A stretch of 64,000 nucleotides of DNA, taken from assembly GCA_030390025.1 (NCBI GenBank), contig CM059431.1:114578001-114642000 (forward strand). Direction: 5' to 3'. This DNA comes from Squalus acanthias. Taxonomy: Eukaryota. A program made the position numbers and the translations under genes. Position 1 is the stretch's first letter. Each line of letters starts with the position of its first letter. This document shows positions 50,997-64,000 of this stretch, one piece after another. The notes under the pieces were generated by a model that saw only the letters and a list, made by a program, of their open reading frames with translations, was not told the origin of the DNA and did no database searches.

Positions 50997-53650
50997 AGCG
51001 GCATCATTAAATATACTTATTCATCCTGGTGAAGTATGTGAGCGAAATACAAATGTACAAAGTAATGAGGGAGTGGATCACCAACATCCTTGAAAACAGG
51101 GCTAAACTATATTATAGCAAATATGTTTTTACAAGTTATAACCTACCTACCTTCCCATCCATCCTCCCACCTGCAATGAAGATAGATACAACTACTAATG
51201 TTGCTTGCTGACAAGACTCTCTTGATACAATCTATGAGTCCCCAAAATATCAAAGCTGCAGTGCCAGGGTGCGTGTCTCAGTGGGCATGGCTTTTAATGT
51301 TATTTGTGGTGGCGTCTGTCATCTGTTGCGTTTTTGACGTACTTACCTGCTAGAGGAACATGTCAGCATATATTACAATGTAATGTCTGATGTGATAGAT
51401 TCCATGGCACTTTTTCCAAAGAAGAGCAGGGAGCTGTCCTAGTGCCAACATTGGTCCCTCAACTAACACCACCATAAAAAAGATAAACTGGTTATTCAGC
51501 TCAAAAATAATTTCTTGGCTGTGAAGCTCTTTTTGGTGCTAAACAGAACGGTGTAGCCCATTAACATAGTAGCTTGGAGTGGAAGGGAGCGGGTCTGAGT
51601 CTCTAATGGCCCACCGGGTGGTTTCCAGCCTTGGCCAAATGATCAGAGGTGATGTCAAGGAGAAACCACGCACTTTCCTGCAGGAAAGGAGGGACTATAA
51701 AGAGGGATGGAGTAATTCCGAGCTCTCACACACACCAGTTTGTAACTAAGTCATAAAGCAGCATTGATGCAGGACTGGGACCAACTAGCTTGCTCATCAT
51801 CTTGATTGGAAATAAGACAATGGCAAAAACAAAGTAGAATTTAAATCTAAAATATATAAATAAATAACTTTAGCATAAGCTTTTATTGCACTAAATATGC
51901 ATACATTGCTGTTCTTGTGGAAGCTGCAGTAAAATGTAATGCAACAAGAAATACATTTCTCTCTTTCTTTCATTATATCGAGAACAATGGATACCTGGGA
52001 CCCCATTATAAGGCATCTAACTAATGGGTTCAGGTATCATTGTAAACAACAAAAGATTTATAGCTGTAATCTGAACTCATTGGTTATATTAGAGCTGTGA
52101 TCTCTTCATCTTTGAATTTTTTAATTTTACGAAGTATTTAATTCCGTTTTCAGCTTACTTCTGTGTCAACAGCTGATGTCAAGGTATGCTGATGTTCGCA
52201 CTAAAGGATTAACAAACAGGATGTAATTACAATCAGTTTATCGAGAGGTAATCTACAGTTGATTACTCAAATCTACGTCCCAGTTCACATTATAAGCATT
52301 TAACACTAGAAGTGAAGATCTCAGAACGCTTTTGTGTGATACTGAAGAAGTGTTTTATTGAATACAATACACATGTCATTTGATGGTCCTTCTAATGCAA
52401 AGTCTCTGTAATTGGGTTGTGATGGTGCCTTTAAAGAGTCACACACACACACGGTGCTTGTCAAACGTCCCTGGAGTGACAGCACAGTGTGATCGAAGTA
52501 ATTGCCTGTTCACATCTGGCGTGGCCTTTGACCTCAGCTATAATGTCCTATTGCCCCATGATGAAAACTTTGGGACAGCTGCAGTGCTGCTGACCTGCTC
52601 TGGAGCTGCACTGACAATGCCTTATGTCAGGCTCTTTATCCAGTGATTTAGTGTTTCCCCTGATGGCAAGCTATAACATATCTCTAATGGATGGAAATAG
52701 AGAACTTGATATGCAGGGAAGTCTGTGTTGTATAATTCCATATAATCAGAGGGGCCTCTCCAGTATATGGGTCATTCACCACAACAGTGCCCCAGAGCGG
52801 GACTGCTGTGGTCTCTAAGTTAATTGTTATCAACAGGTTGAAACTGATAATTAAATTCAACTTATTACAATGTTTTAAAGCAAGGGCATCTTTAAGAGGT
52901 TTTAATGACTGAAAAAAAGAATTTTCAATGAGATGTACTTAAGTGAGGAGAGGAAATTGTAAAATTAATGGTCCATTGGTGTTGCACATTCCAACATTTG
53001 TGGCGTATTACAGTTGCCAAGCGACTGTTCTGGTTTTATTAAATCCGTAAACTGCGGGAATATTGATGACTTCACAATGAAGTGCAGTAAGAAAGAGAGT
53101 TAAAGAAACAGTGCAATATAAATTGTAATTCATTATTGTAGATAATTATTCCAGTGTACTAAATAGTCTTTAAAAAAAATTCTATGACCTATGGCCATGG
53201 AATTACGCCAAGGTTTTATGTATTCATATGAAATTCCTCTCTGATATTTTAGCAGAGGCGTTCATCTGTTCATTTTAAATGGGTTAATGCCTCTGGCAGA
53301 GAGGGGAATTTGAGACAAATGTGTTAACCCTTTATAACTAGAATCCCACAGCGTATTTCAAGCCCTACAAATACAGAATTATCGATATCGGGGAAATGTT
53401 AATTTTGGTATTTATGATCACTAACACTGCATATATTGCAAACCCATTTACCATATGGAACTGTGTTTGCTTTTAAGAGTGACATACTCCTAATGAATGG
53501 GTATTGGTAGGTCTGGAAAAAGGTAAGCTTTCAAAAGAATTTGCAAAATGGTTGTGACTTCTAATTTTTCTTACAACCTTAGGTGAATTTTATGTTCTTT
53601 AAGATGAAATGTCAGTGCTGGGGATTGGAATATTTCCAGCTTTTAGTCAT

Positions 53651-54062
53651 TGTCAGCTGTGGCTCAGTGGTAACTGAGTCAGAAGGGCATGGGTTCAGGT
53701 CCCGCTCCAGAGACTTGAGCACAAAAAATCTAGGCTGACACTCCAGTGCAGTACTGAAAAAGTGCTACACTGTCAGCGGTGCCGTCTTTCGGCTGGAACG
53801 TTAAACCGGGTCCCATCCACTCTCTCAGGTGGATGTAATAGATCCATGGCACTATTTCAAAGACGAACAGGGGAGTTCTCCCTGGTACCCTGGCCAATGT
53901 TTATCTAGTTGTTGTTTGTGGGACCTTGCTGTGTGCAAATTGGCTGCTGCGTTTCCTACATTACAACAGTGACTACACTTCAAAAGTATTCCATTGGCTG
54001 TAAAGCGTTTTGGGATGTTCTGATGTCATGAAAGGCGCTACATATATGCAAGGTCTTTCTTT
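53651..54062 (+). mobile_element. SacSINE1-like DeuSINE
   Basis: Colinear with 59243-59685. Confidence 0.85.
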
Positions 54063-54564
54063 ACTATCTGTGTCAACCGCTGCCAAAATAGAATATAAGG
54101 CCGATTCCCAGAAAGGAGCGGCGATCTCAGGAAGCGCTAGTTGGAAATGAGCGGACCCACATTGTCTTATTTTCTATTAGTTAGTTTAAATAGATGGAAA
54201 ATCAGGCACTGTGGGCCCACAATTTGCTGGCCAGTGCTGCCTGCAAGCATAGCTTCTCGTCAGGAGCACCCGATCGGGAAATCAGCCCTTCTGTTCTGAA
54301 TGTTAATTTTCCAAATGGACCAAAAGTTGTCAACCAATATAATCGCAAAAAGAAAGCTAAAAAGTCTACTATGAACAGGTAGCCCCTCTTTTCATGCTGG
54401 CTTACATTAAAACAGATTCCACCAGATTTATCAGTACAATGCTCAGGGAGTGCTGCATGGTCTTTTAGGTGAGAAGTTAAATTAAGGCCTATCTGGAATC
54501 TCTGGTGGATGTAAAAGATCCCATGACACTATTCAAAGACCAGCAGGGGAGGTCTCTTGTTGTC

Positions 54565-55497
54565 ATAAAAACATAGGAACAGGAGTAGGTCACTCAGTCC
54601 CTCAAACTTGTTCCGCCATTTGGTTGGATCATGGCTGATCTGTACCTCAACTCTATTCACCCACCTTTGTTCCATATCCCTTGGTACTCTTACCCAACAA
54701 AAATCTATTGATCTCGGTCTTTAAAATTTCAATTGGTTCAGCATCTGCAGCCTTTTGAGGAAGAGTGTTCCAGATTTCCACTAACCTATCGGTGAAAAAG
54801 TGCTTCTTGATTTCACTCCTAAATGGCTTAGTTTTCATTTTAAAACTGTGCCCCATTGTTCTGGATTCCTCCACCAAAGGAAATGGTCCCTTTATCATTT
54901 TAAACACCTCATTTAGATCACTCCTCAACCTTCTAAACTCAAGTTTATGCAACATATCCTCATAATCTAACTGTTTAAGCCCCTGTATTGAAACATATAA
55001 AATTCTGACAGGGCTAGACAGACTGGATGCAGGGAGGATGTTTCCCCTGGCTAGGGGGCTCTAGAACGAGGGGTCACAGTCTCAGGATACGGGGTAGGAC
55101 ATTTAGGACTGAGATGAGGAGAAATTTCTTCACTCAGAGGGTGGTGAACCTGTGGAATTCTCTACCACAGAAGGCTGTGGAGGCCAAGTCACTGAATATA
55201 TTTAAGAAGGAGATAGATAGATTTCTAGACGCAAAAGGCGTCAAGGGGTATGGGGAGAGAGCGGGAATATGGTATTGAGATAGAGGATCAGCCATGATCA
55301 TATTGAATGGTGGAGCAGGCTCGAAGGGCCGAATGGCCTACTCCTGCTCCTATTTTTCTATGTTTCTATGTTTCTATCAATCTGGTGAATCTGTGATGTA
55401 CCCCCTCCAAGGTCAATATAGCCTTCCTGAGATTCAATACCCAAAACTGAATGCAGTACTCCAGATGGAGTCTGACCAAAGCTCTGTACAACTGAAG
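54565..55497 (-). mobile_element. Older CR1 3' fragment, split by a young CR1 and itself inside a SINE
   Basis: ORF 54653..54955 (LEFRRLRSDL...HFFT.RLVEIWNTLP); homology resumes at 55377-55497. Confidence 0.85.
54988..55377 (+). mobile_element. Young CR1 3' fragment
   Basis: ORF 55027..55278 and 3' UTR are nearly identical to the 15.2-15.5 kb copy; (TTCTATGT)n tail. Confidence 0.95.
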
Positions 55498-55705
55498 AGG
55501 TCCTGGCCAATACTTATCCCTCAAACAAAATCACCTAATCAAATTAATTGGTTATTTATCTCATTGTTGTTTGTGAGATGCTGTGTGCTTTTGCCTACAT
55601 TACAACAGTGAATACACTTCTAAAGTACTTCTTTGGCTGGGAAGCACTTTGGGAGGTCCTGAAGACGTAAAAAGCACTATATAATTGCAAGTTCTTCCTT
55701 TCTTG

Positions 55706-55803
55706 ATAAGAACATAAAAAATAGGAGCAGGAGTAGGCCATTCGACCCTTTGAGCCTGCTCCGCCATTGAATAAGATCATGGCTGATCTTCTACCTCAAC
55801 TCC
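55706..55803 (-). mobile_element. CR1 3' tip
   Basis: 3' UTR hairpin GGAGCAGG...CCTGCTCC and tail, same as the other CR1 copies. Confidence 0.85.
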
Positions 55804-57733
55804 AAATTATGCTTTCTCATTTAAAAAAGTACACTTTTGTTTTGTTCACTAAAGCAACTTGATTGTCTTTGTGCTAAGTTGGAACTTGACTACATAGTGC
55901 ATTGGTTAACTGGCAGTGATCAAAATATCAGGTACATAATGGCACCGATAGGGTTTGCCAGCAGCAAGAAAAGAATGCAATCAATTAAATAAAATATTCA
56001 TTCCATCCCCTTTAGTAATGATTTATTTTCAAAATATCATTGGTATAGATCATTTGATGTGTACGGAAATGTTCTTGGTGTGAAGACTAGCTGTTCACAG
56101 GTTGGTACTTGAAAATAATGGCATTGAAAGTAAGGCATCAGTAACTCAACCTCCTCAGAGAATGCCTCTTGCCTGTTGCCCTCTCTAGACATACCTGCAG
56201 TACCTCACACAGGCTGGCTGTTAACTGTACATCAAGGTGATATTTTGCAGATTTACACAGGAACAGATCTACATAAGCTGGTTGGGACAGTGGACGATAA
56301 AATGGCAGACGTCCTATTCGGAACAGTGCCTGCAGATTTCCAGTTAGCCAAACATAAAGACGAAAAAAAAATCACTGAGACTGGATGAGGAAAGGCTGAA
56401 GCCTGAAATAATTTTGATTTTGAAACTTTGCTATCTCTGCTTTCAGTTTTAGTAAAACCAGTTGGCGTTCATCTTTTTGAACGAATGATAGCCTGTAATT
56501 GTATTTTATATGGGGCAGTTTAGAATTAGATCTTGGAAGAAAGGGTTTGGTAAATAGTCAACTAGTTTCTAAGGGTCGTAGCTAATTAAACCATGAGCCT
56601 GTTAATGGGACAATAATAAAGTGCTTTACAAGATAATTTGCCAAATTAATGAGAGAATGACAATGATGCTATCTCATCACTAATTACTGTATATCTACCG
56701 TTATAGATAATAACATTGAGACCTAAGAAAACTAAGATAATAACCCAATAACTCCATTAAAACAGTTGCTGCTCCAGCAAATATATGTTGTAAGCTTCCC
56801 CTGATGGCTCAAAATGATAGTGTTTTAACTGATATTTCAGAGCAGCCTGTTTCTGGCTGTCCCAAGTTCAATTTACATTACATATGTTGATTAGGTATAA
56901 CACTATTCTCTTCTGTACAATTGTGCATTTGCAGCTTCTAATATGGAATGGAAATGGAAAAAGAAATACTTTCTTCACACAGATCTGAGTAATATCAAAA
57001 CAGTAAATTATTTTTTCAGATTGAATTCACATGGTTGCAGAGCTGTTGAGGCTGAATAAAAATGATGTATAATTTTCCACATTTCATTTTAAACTATGAA
57101 AGTTTAATTAGATATTTTAAAAAATGTCAATGAATATGTTGCAGTGTTAGTGATAAAAATCATTATAATCATGTCACGTGATACAATTTATATAGCCTGG
57201 CCTTTAGTATTCTTGGTGTGAAATTGTTTCTAAGTGCGCTTTTCTCCAATCACCACCAAACCTTCCCCAGATTCGAATATTCAACTTTAATGTCAAATAA
57301 AATTTTAAAAGAGTTTGCTTCTTCTACTTGATTTGAGATAGGTATTTGTTATTTTTATTTTATCTATTATTTATCTCTTATATTTATAATTCATCTCCTC
57401 AGTTGCTGTATCTATAATTTAAAGATTAACTTGAGGGGCAGCCCACTAGTTTAAACGGTTCAACACTTGACTTCCACCCAGAAAATAACAAGATGAAGTC
57501 CCAGGCTGCCCGTCACTCGCGCTTGCCTGCCTCAGTTGAGAAGGTTTTCTCTGCTCTCAACCGGTAAATGAAGCATCACGTCGATGCAAGGTATTTCATT
57601 GGACAGGGCACATTGTCCATTCAGTTGATGTTGCTTGAATAGCACCCCCTGCTGGCTATACATTGTTGTAGCATTGGCAAAGGACAGTGGAGAAGTCTGT
57701 GACCGGGGATGCCCACTCACCTAAAGAGTTTAA

Positions 57734-58413
57734 GGTCCCGATTTTAAAGGGAGGGGCAGGCACGATGCGTGGGAGGCCCAAAGCTGCTGGCGCACCTGGC
57801 AGTTATGAATGAAGCGAGGTCCGGGCTGATTTCATCTTATGGGCGGCATTTGAATAATTGACGTCGGTGTCCCGCACAAAGCCGGCGGCAATGATGTCAA
57901 GGCCAGCCGGGTGGGAGTGGGAATTGAGGCAGGAGCCGCCACCACCAGGGACCTAAGGAAATGGGCCCTGGCATAAAGTAAGTGATGGGGGTGGGGGTGG
58001 GGGTGGGATCCCAAACAGATGTCGAAGTGAGGAAGGAGAGGGAGGGCCGGGACAAGAGAAACCCGAGTATTTTGTCTTGCTCCTCCAATGAGTTAATATT
58101 GTAACTATTTTGGCCTCTACCGGCTGCTCTGCTGCCTCCCACCAGGTTTCTCTGGCGACTTTGACACCAGGCGGGCCTCCCCCGAGTCGTCATGGAAATC
58201 GCCTCAAGGCACCGATACCGTCACCGGGCCTAGGCTTTTCAATTTAAATTATGCCCTCGCTCGCCTGCTGCGGGAACCTCGGCCGACTTCAAAGTCGGTG
58301 AAGTTAAGATCTCGCCTGGCGGGAACAGTGCCGTCTCAGGCCAGTAAGTGAACTCGGCCTGATGTTAACCCCTTCCATGCACCATTCCCGCTGGGCGGGG
58401 GTTAAAATCGACT
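57734..58413. mobile_element. Harbinger-type MITE, family C (inverted copy)
   Basis: GGTCCCGATTTTAAAGG...GGTTAAAATCG; shares GGGTGGGAGTGGGAATTGAGGCAGGA with 48826-48851 reversed. Confidence 0.8.
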
Positions 58414-59242
58414 GATAAGTGACTTAAAATAAATTGATTAATGCTTCTGTTAAAATAATGGATAGAGAAGTATCATGTAATAGGGTAAAAAGAGGGATCC
58501 TTTCGGCAGCTGTTTTCTGGGCAGAAAATAGGGTAAAGAGGACCAATTTTGGGACGCAACATCCCACGCCCGATCAATGCCTGCATTACGAGTGTCACCA
58601 TATTGGTGTAGGCGGATTTACAGTCGTTCCAAGCAGCCGCCTAAAATAGGTGTTAGGCCCCTTGCATATCTTAATTAGGGGCCTAGTACCTGTTGAAGAA
58701 CCCCTCTGTAAAAATAGCTCACAATGTGCGACCGTCAACTAAAGATATTCTATATTTTCAATTAAACTTATTTTAAAACCTTCATGTGGAGACAGGAAGA
58801 GCAGGAGTGTTCTCCCGACTCCACAGTTGTCGCGATTGCCCCCTTCTCCCCACCCCCCCCCCCCCCCCCCACCCCTGTTGCCCACACCAACCTCTCTCCT
58901 GAGACTTACCTTCGGACCATTGCTGGCAAGGCAAGTGCCCAATATTTGGAATTTGCAATGCGCGAGCTGCCTGCGAAGGCACGATAAGTGCTGGTACTTC
59001 TCGCTTAAAATGTTAATGAGGCCTAAGGCCCAATTTCGGGCTGGCCTCGGGCCTCTCGGCTGGTGCCCACTTGCCTGCACAATGCCAAGCCTGGGCCTGA
59101 AAATACTCCTGGGCAAATTTCTACCACGACATACTGCAAACAGTAATTTCTAGGCTCCATTACATGGTAGCAAGCATTCTGCAAAAGGAGAAACATGACA
59201 AACTAGAATTGTTCGAATACTTAAGAATAAACTGGTGTCAGG

Positions 59243-59685
59243 TGTCAGCCGTGGCTCTATAGTAGCACTCTCGCCTCTAGGCCAGAAGGTTGTGGGTTCA
59301 AGTCCCACCCCAGGGACTTGAGTACAAAATCTAGGCTGACACTCCACTGTAGTGCTGAGGGAGTGCTGCACTGTTGGAGGCGCCGTCTTTCGGACATTAA
59401 CCTGAGGCCCTGTCTGCCCTCTCAAGTGGGTATAAAAGATCACATGGCACTATTTTGAAGACGTGGCCAATATTCATCCATCAAACAACATCTAAAAAAA
59501 AAACCAGATTATCTGGTCATTATCTCATTGCTGTTTGTGGGAGCTTGCTGTGCGCAAATTGGCTGCCGCGTTTCCTACATTACAACAGTGACTGCACTCC
59601 AAAAATAACTCATTAGCTGCAAAGTGCTTAGGATGACCTGGTATCGTGAAAGGCGCTATATAAATGCAAGTCTTCCTTTCTTCTT
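59243..59685 (+). mobile_element. SacSINE1-like DeuSINE (tRNA head, L2-type tail)
   Basis: GGTTCAAGTCC B box; central ATGGCACTATTT-GAAGA and TTGCTGTTTGTGGGA core; tail AAGGCGCTATATAAATGCAAG shared with L2. Confidence 0.85.
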
Positions 59686-60084
59686 TGATTTTTTTTTATA
59701 GTTCATTTAATTTTTCCTATTCACCTGATCTACACATTATTCCCTAACTGAGAGCCAATAAATGGGCTGCTGCAATGCTGCTTTTCAACTGATTAGGAGG
59801 TGTAGGAGCCAGCATCCTGGAATGTCTTGAACCTAAATTTCCTTCTTTATGAGGAGGTGCCTCCCTGCCGCTTGACTCATCATTTGCAAACCTTTCCCCA
59901 CAGCCCGATTCACACCTTAAAAAGAAGAACCTTTGGATGTACAAGAAAAAGACCTCACCATTTTCAAAAATATTGCACCAATCTTGTCTTATTCAATCTC
60001 CAGAACAACAGGATACCTGTTAAGAGGAAGGAGAAGGGGTGTTGCATGGGGGGATAAGCAAATACTTTGGGACTTTGCTTCATT

Positions 60085-60813
60085 GGGCCGGATCTTGCTG
60101 GAAAAATAACGGTGAGTTAACGCCGTTGTTAATCCAAAAATCGGCCAGCAAATTCAGGGGAATGAAGAGAAGCACCGTGGATTGCTAATCTCCAGAACTG
60201 GCTAGTCGATTGACACCGCTCCGCCGTTTCCTTCACACAAACAGCATCTTGCCCTTAGCCTCCCCGTTATTTTTTAAGAACTTGCACAATAATTGCCCAT
60301 TATATGCGCCACAGAAAGGTAAGTCCGGTAATTAACAGCATAAGCAATGTGATAATTGTTAATGCAAAGCCAATCAACCTCTCTGACCCAGAAATGGAAC
60401 AATTTAAACTGTGGAGTCTTATTCCTTCAGGTGGTAAATTGGTCATAGAGATTTTTTTAAATGTCAATTTTTTAATTTTAAATGTACTTTTCCTTTCTGT
60501 CTCTTTTTTCTCTCTCTTAATCTTTACCTCTCTTTATTTCCCTTTCTGTACCTGATTTGAATCTAATTCACCCTATTCCTTTTTCCGTCATTCCTGTTTT
60601 TTTCTCCATTCTTAAATTTAATTGGTTAAGGAGATAGACTGCTGGTCCGATCTTTCACGAAGGTCCCAGATGCCCCGTTGCCCTCACTGCACCGTTTTCA
60701 GCTCGCACTTCCAGCAAGTTATGGCGCAAAACATTTTTGAGATGAAGGATGCAGAAAAAAAGTGTAATTAGTGGGGCACACCATGAGTACCCCGCTCCAG
60801 CAAGATCCAGCCC
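60085..60813. mobile_element. Harbinger-type MITE
   Basis: GGGCCGGATCTTGCTGGA...TCCAGCAAGATCCAGCCC; flanks ATT/AGT. Confidence 0.85.
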
Positions 60814-61433
60814 AGTATGCTGAAGGAGCGGACTTAATGGGTCAAGTGGTCTTTACTTAGCGCATGCTTTCTTATATTAATATAACTATTAGCACAGCTT
60901 CATTCATCAGTTGTGGTACTCGTCACAAATGTGTGAAATTGCATATGGTGATAATGTTTAAATGGTGACTACAGTTTAAATTGCTATTGGCTGCCTTGGT
61001 GACGTCGGCAAGTTGTTTCTGTATCCTAAATGATAACGTGTTTGACTAGTAATGTGTAAATGGTCTGAAGCTGTGCAGGCAACATTGTATCTTAGTTTCT
61101 GTAGGAGACTGTGTAATTAAATATTGTCGGAAGATTTTTTTTATTTTGAATGTTATTATTGTTAAGTATTGTGCGTTTGCTCATTAATCCAACTACAAGC
61201 ATTCAAAAACAGTCCGCCACATTAATCAAATACCCTGACATCAAAAGACAAGCTAAGCATTGGATGTTTTCCCCAGGTCAACAGTTCAGTTCTGAGTTCT
61301 GAAACCAGGGTCTGGTGGAAAGTTCCATATATAAGGTTTGTGTTCCATTCATCATATTTCAAATCCAGTCATCCCCCAGACAGATGAGAAGATACAGCCT
61401 GTTGAATTCAGCTGGCCAGCAACAAGGACTTAT

Positions 61434-62534
61434 GGCCTAGAAATTGGATATGACCACAAAACGGGCAATGTTAAGGACCAACGATGTTAAGCTGCGCCAG
61501 GTCTAGGTAACACGCAGAATTCATGCTCAGTCCTCATTAACATGATTGTAGCCTTGATCTCAGCACGAAAACCACTGCTCATTGGCTTACCACTCAACAG
61601 TTGGGCCAATATCAGCTCCAGTCTAACTCCCACTCATATTTGGAAGCCCTTGACGCACACCTCTCGAAGGCTCTGTCAGGAGATAGCCGCCTATGTGACG
61701 GCCAGCACTGTGGTCCCAAAGTCGGCCGTCCAGTGCCGAAAGAAGTTTAATGACCTCATACGGCAGGTTAAGGTGAGTGAAGATTTCAGCAAATGTTATA
61801 TCCCACCATCTGCACCACAAGCCTCACATACTGCTCAATGCACCACACCCCCAGCACTCACCTAACAACTATCTCTACCTATCACCACTCACACCTCACA
61901 ATCATAGCTTCACTTCACCCTCACAACCTCACCACTGCTACAACACTCACACCCACATCTCACACCTTGCACACACTGACAGCTATTCAACCATTACATC
62001 ACATATTGCACCACACTCGCTCACACACTTCTCTTTCTCTTGCAGGCCAAGGTCACGCATCATCAGAGAGAGCAGCGGCAGACAGGCGGGGAGCAAGCTT
62101 TCATCCATGACCTCAGCCAGCTGGAGGAGAGAGTGCTGGAGATCATTGGGCAACAGATAATGGAGGCCATGGCAACTGGCGAGGTTGAAGCCCATGGGGA
62201 CAACAATGGTATGCTCATTCCTAAACCTTCTTCTCACATCCCACTTCCCCCTCATCCCACAATCTCTTCTCACTTTCAAGGTGCTGATACTATATGCATG
62301 CATATCTTGCTTCCAAGCGCCCCCACCTCCCCACCCACACCCCCTCCCTTCGTAATCCAACTCTTGTACCTTTCTGCTTTCAGCTAATCAAGACCAGGCA
62401 CCCAAGCAGCCTCTCCCTGAGGCGATGCAGGAGAGCGAGGGGGGAGAAGAAGAAAAAGAAGAGACAGCATCACTGCATCTGTCACCCGCAGACGCCAGCT
62501 CAGAAACTGGCACTGCGCATACTTTAGAGGCTAG
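61434..62534 (+). mobile_element. Second copy of the Harbinger left arm (TIR + Myb/SANT exons), internally deleted and truncated
   Basis: GGCCTAGAAATTGGATAT left end as at 25935; QCRKKFNDL + GTGAGT donor; exon 2 AKVTHHQREQRQTGG...LEERVLEIIG; exon 3 acidic tract; introns homologous to 27386-27922. Confidence 0.88.
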
Positions 62535-63229
62535 AGAGCGTGGTATTGTAGCACAAGACTACGGCAATTCCAGTAAGCAGCTTAGTACAGGTAAAGGTAA
62601 TTGTTAATATTTGAGTCACACAATTCTGTGAAGGGCATATATTATCAATAAAACTACAGCTTCTCAGCCACAGTGGACAAAGACTGTTTATGGGAAGTGT
62701 TCTGAATCCATGGAGAGGTTCCATAAAATACACAAGGTTGTAACAGTACAGTAACTTTGTTAGAACAGTGAAGCAGATCAGAAAGTTACTAGTTCTAATG
62801 CTTCAAATCTGCAGCAGTATTTCTGCGCCAAATACTAAGTATAGCAGGATTGTAATCATTTTCTGACCTCATGGAATCCTGTTTGGTTTGGTGACATGTG
62901 TTTTTCTGATCTTATGCTTTATGAATTGTACTGCATCACGCCAGTTATACCCTGCAATAATCAGGCAACAAGGCAATAGCCAAGTACTTCAGTTAGCTTA
63001 AGGCAATGGTTCAAGAGTGTAAGCATAGAGTTAAGAACGTGTATTTTTTTAACTTATGAAATGGAAATTATAATATAATATAGGAATCTGTCAGGAATTA
63101 AAACTGGTCACTGCAATCCCTGTGATCAAATCTTCTTTACAGCTTTCAAACTGCTCACATAATTACCTCAGAAAATGTTGGAAACACTGAGCCATTCAGG
63201 CAGCATCTGTGGAGAGACAAACAGTTAAT

Positions 63230-64000
63230 GGCCCCGATCTTGACTGGGGCAGGTTTTCCGAGCTGGTGAGGGGTGGGGGGAGGAGTTGTGGTTGGAAACT
63301 CAGAAGTCCAGGTTTCCCCACATGTGGTGGAGTTTTGACTCCACAGTGTGCGTCTTTTTTTTCCAGCAGGTTCCCCACCCGGAAGCCTGTCTGACAGGAT
63401 TGGCTCCCTGTCAGGGCCAGGAACGCGCTGGAGCAGGCCGCAGCCCAGGAGCAGGTAGGGATCTTGCAGCTGAGTTAGTGGTAGCGTGGGGGGTCTGAAT
63501 CTTGGGGGGAGGGGCTCCGATCTTGGGTGGCTCCAATCCTGGGGGGTCTCCGATCTTGCTGGGGGTGGGTCTGATCCGGGGGGTCCAATCGAGGAGGGTG
63601 TGTTCAGCGATCCTGGAAGGGGGGTGGGGGTCGACATTCCTGGAGGGGGGATGTAGGTAAGCTTGCTTGGTGGGCCGGGGGGAAGCACTCCTGCTCCTCT
63701 TGGCCCACAAGCAGTACTGAAAAAGTACTTACCTCTTCCATGCAGCAGTCCTCACCTCCCTTTAGCTGCCGGGTTTCCTGAGGCCCAGGAAACCCGGCCG
63801 GCCAGGGTTAAACCTGGAAGACAAAGTCAGAGGCACGCAGCCTTATTATAATACTTAAATGACCAACCCACCTCCCGGGAGTGGGTTGGTTGCCCCCTCT
63901 CCCCCCATCAAGACTGGAAGTGGGTGGGTTCGAGGCGAGTTGGGTTCGGGTTTGAGTTTTTTTTAAATTTCACAGCCCACTCGAACCAAACCCACCTGTT
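63230..64000. mobile_element. GC-rich Harbinger-type MITE running off the window, inserted in a probable Penelope terminal fragment
   Basis: AAT-GGCCCCGATCTT left end; the 63850-64000 segment resembles 31062-31260 reversed; preceded by CAGGCAGCATCTGTGGAGAGA...CAGTTAA. Confidence 0.72.

Larger units (their letters stand above)
54430..55702 (+). mobile_element. SacSINE1-like DeuSINE split by nested CR1s
   Basis: 5' half at 54430-54564; 3' half resumes at about 55498 (GTCCTGGCCAATACTTATCCCTCAA...tail). Confidence 0.78.

Noticed and set aside
63155..63710. Pro-rich and Gly-rich ORFs (also 31248..31703, 37669..38001, 58739..59153)
   Set aside because: Artefacts of C/G-rich tracts within MITEs.

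Overview
This is eukaryotic, repeat-dense, apparently intronic or intergenic DNA. The repeat families (CR1/HER1-type LINEs with (TTCTATGT)n tails, an HE1-type V-SINE, SacSINE1-like DeuSINEs, L2 tails, Penelope termini) point to a cartilaginous fish, probably a shark. No intact host protein-coding gene can be supported, and most ORFs in the track are spurious or antisense to repeats. The dominant system is PIF/Harbinger DNA transposons. One nearly complete but dead two-gene element (spliced Myb/SANT gene on +, convergent HARBI1-like DDE transposase on -, about 25.9-30.6 kb) has a solo LTR inserted in Myb exon 1. There are three further coding remnants and about 20 non-autonomous MITEs with GG(C/G)-starting TIRs and 3-bp, mostly AWT, TSDs. 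Also present are one hAT MITE, one Tc1/mariner-pogo MITE, several nested insertions and a minimal hammerhead ribozyme in a Penelope terminus. The most unusual signal is a conserved, covarying internal hairpin (GAGCA-GGAG-TGCTY), usually flanked by splice-donor-like motifs and a TTAAAGGG box, shared by otherwise divergent Harbinger elements. All family assignments are from pattern recognition; no database search was run.
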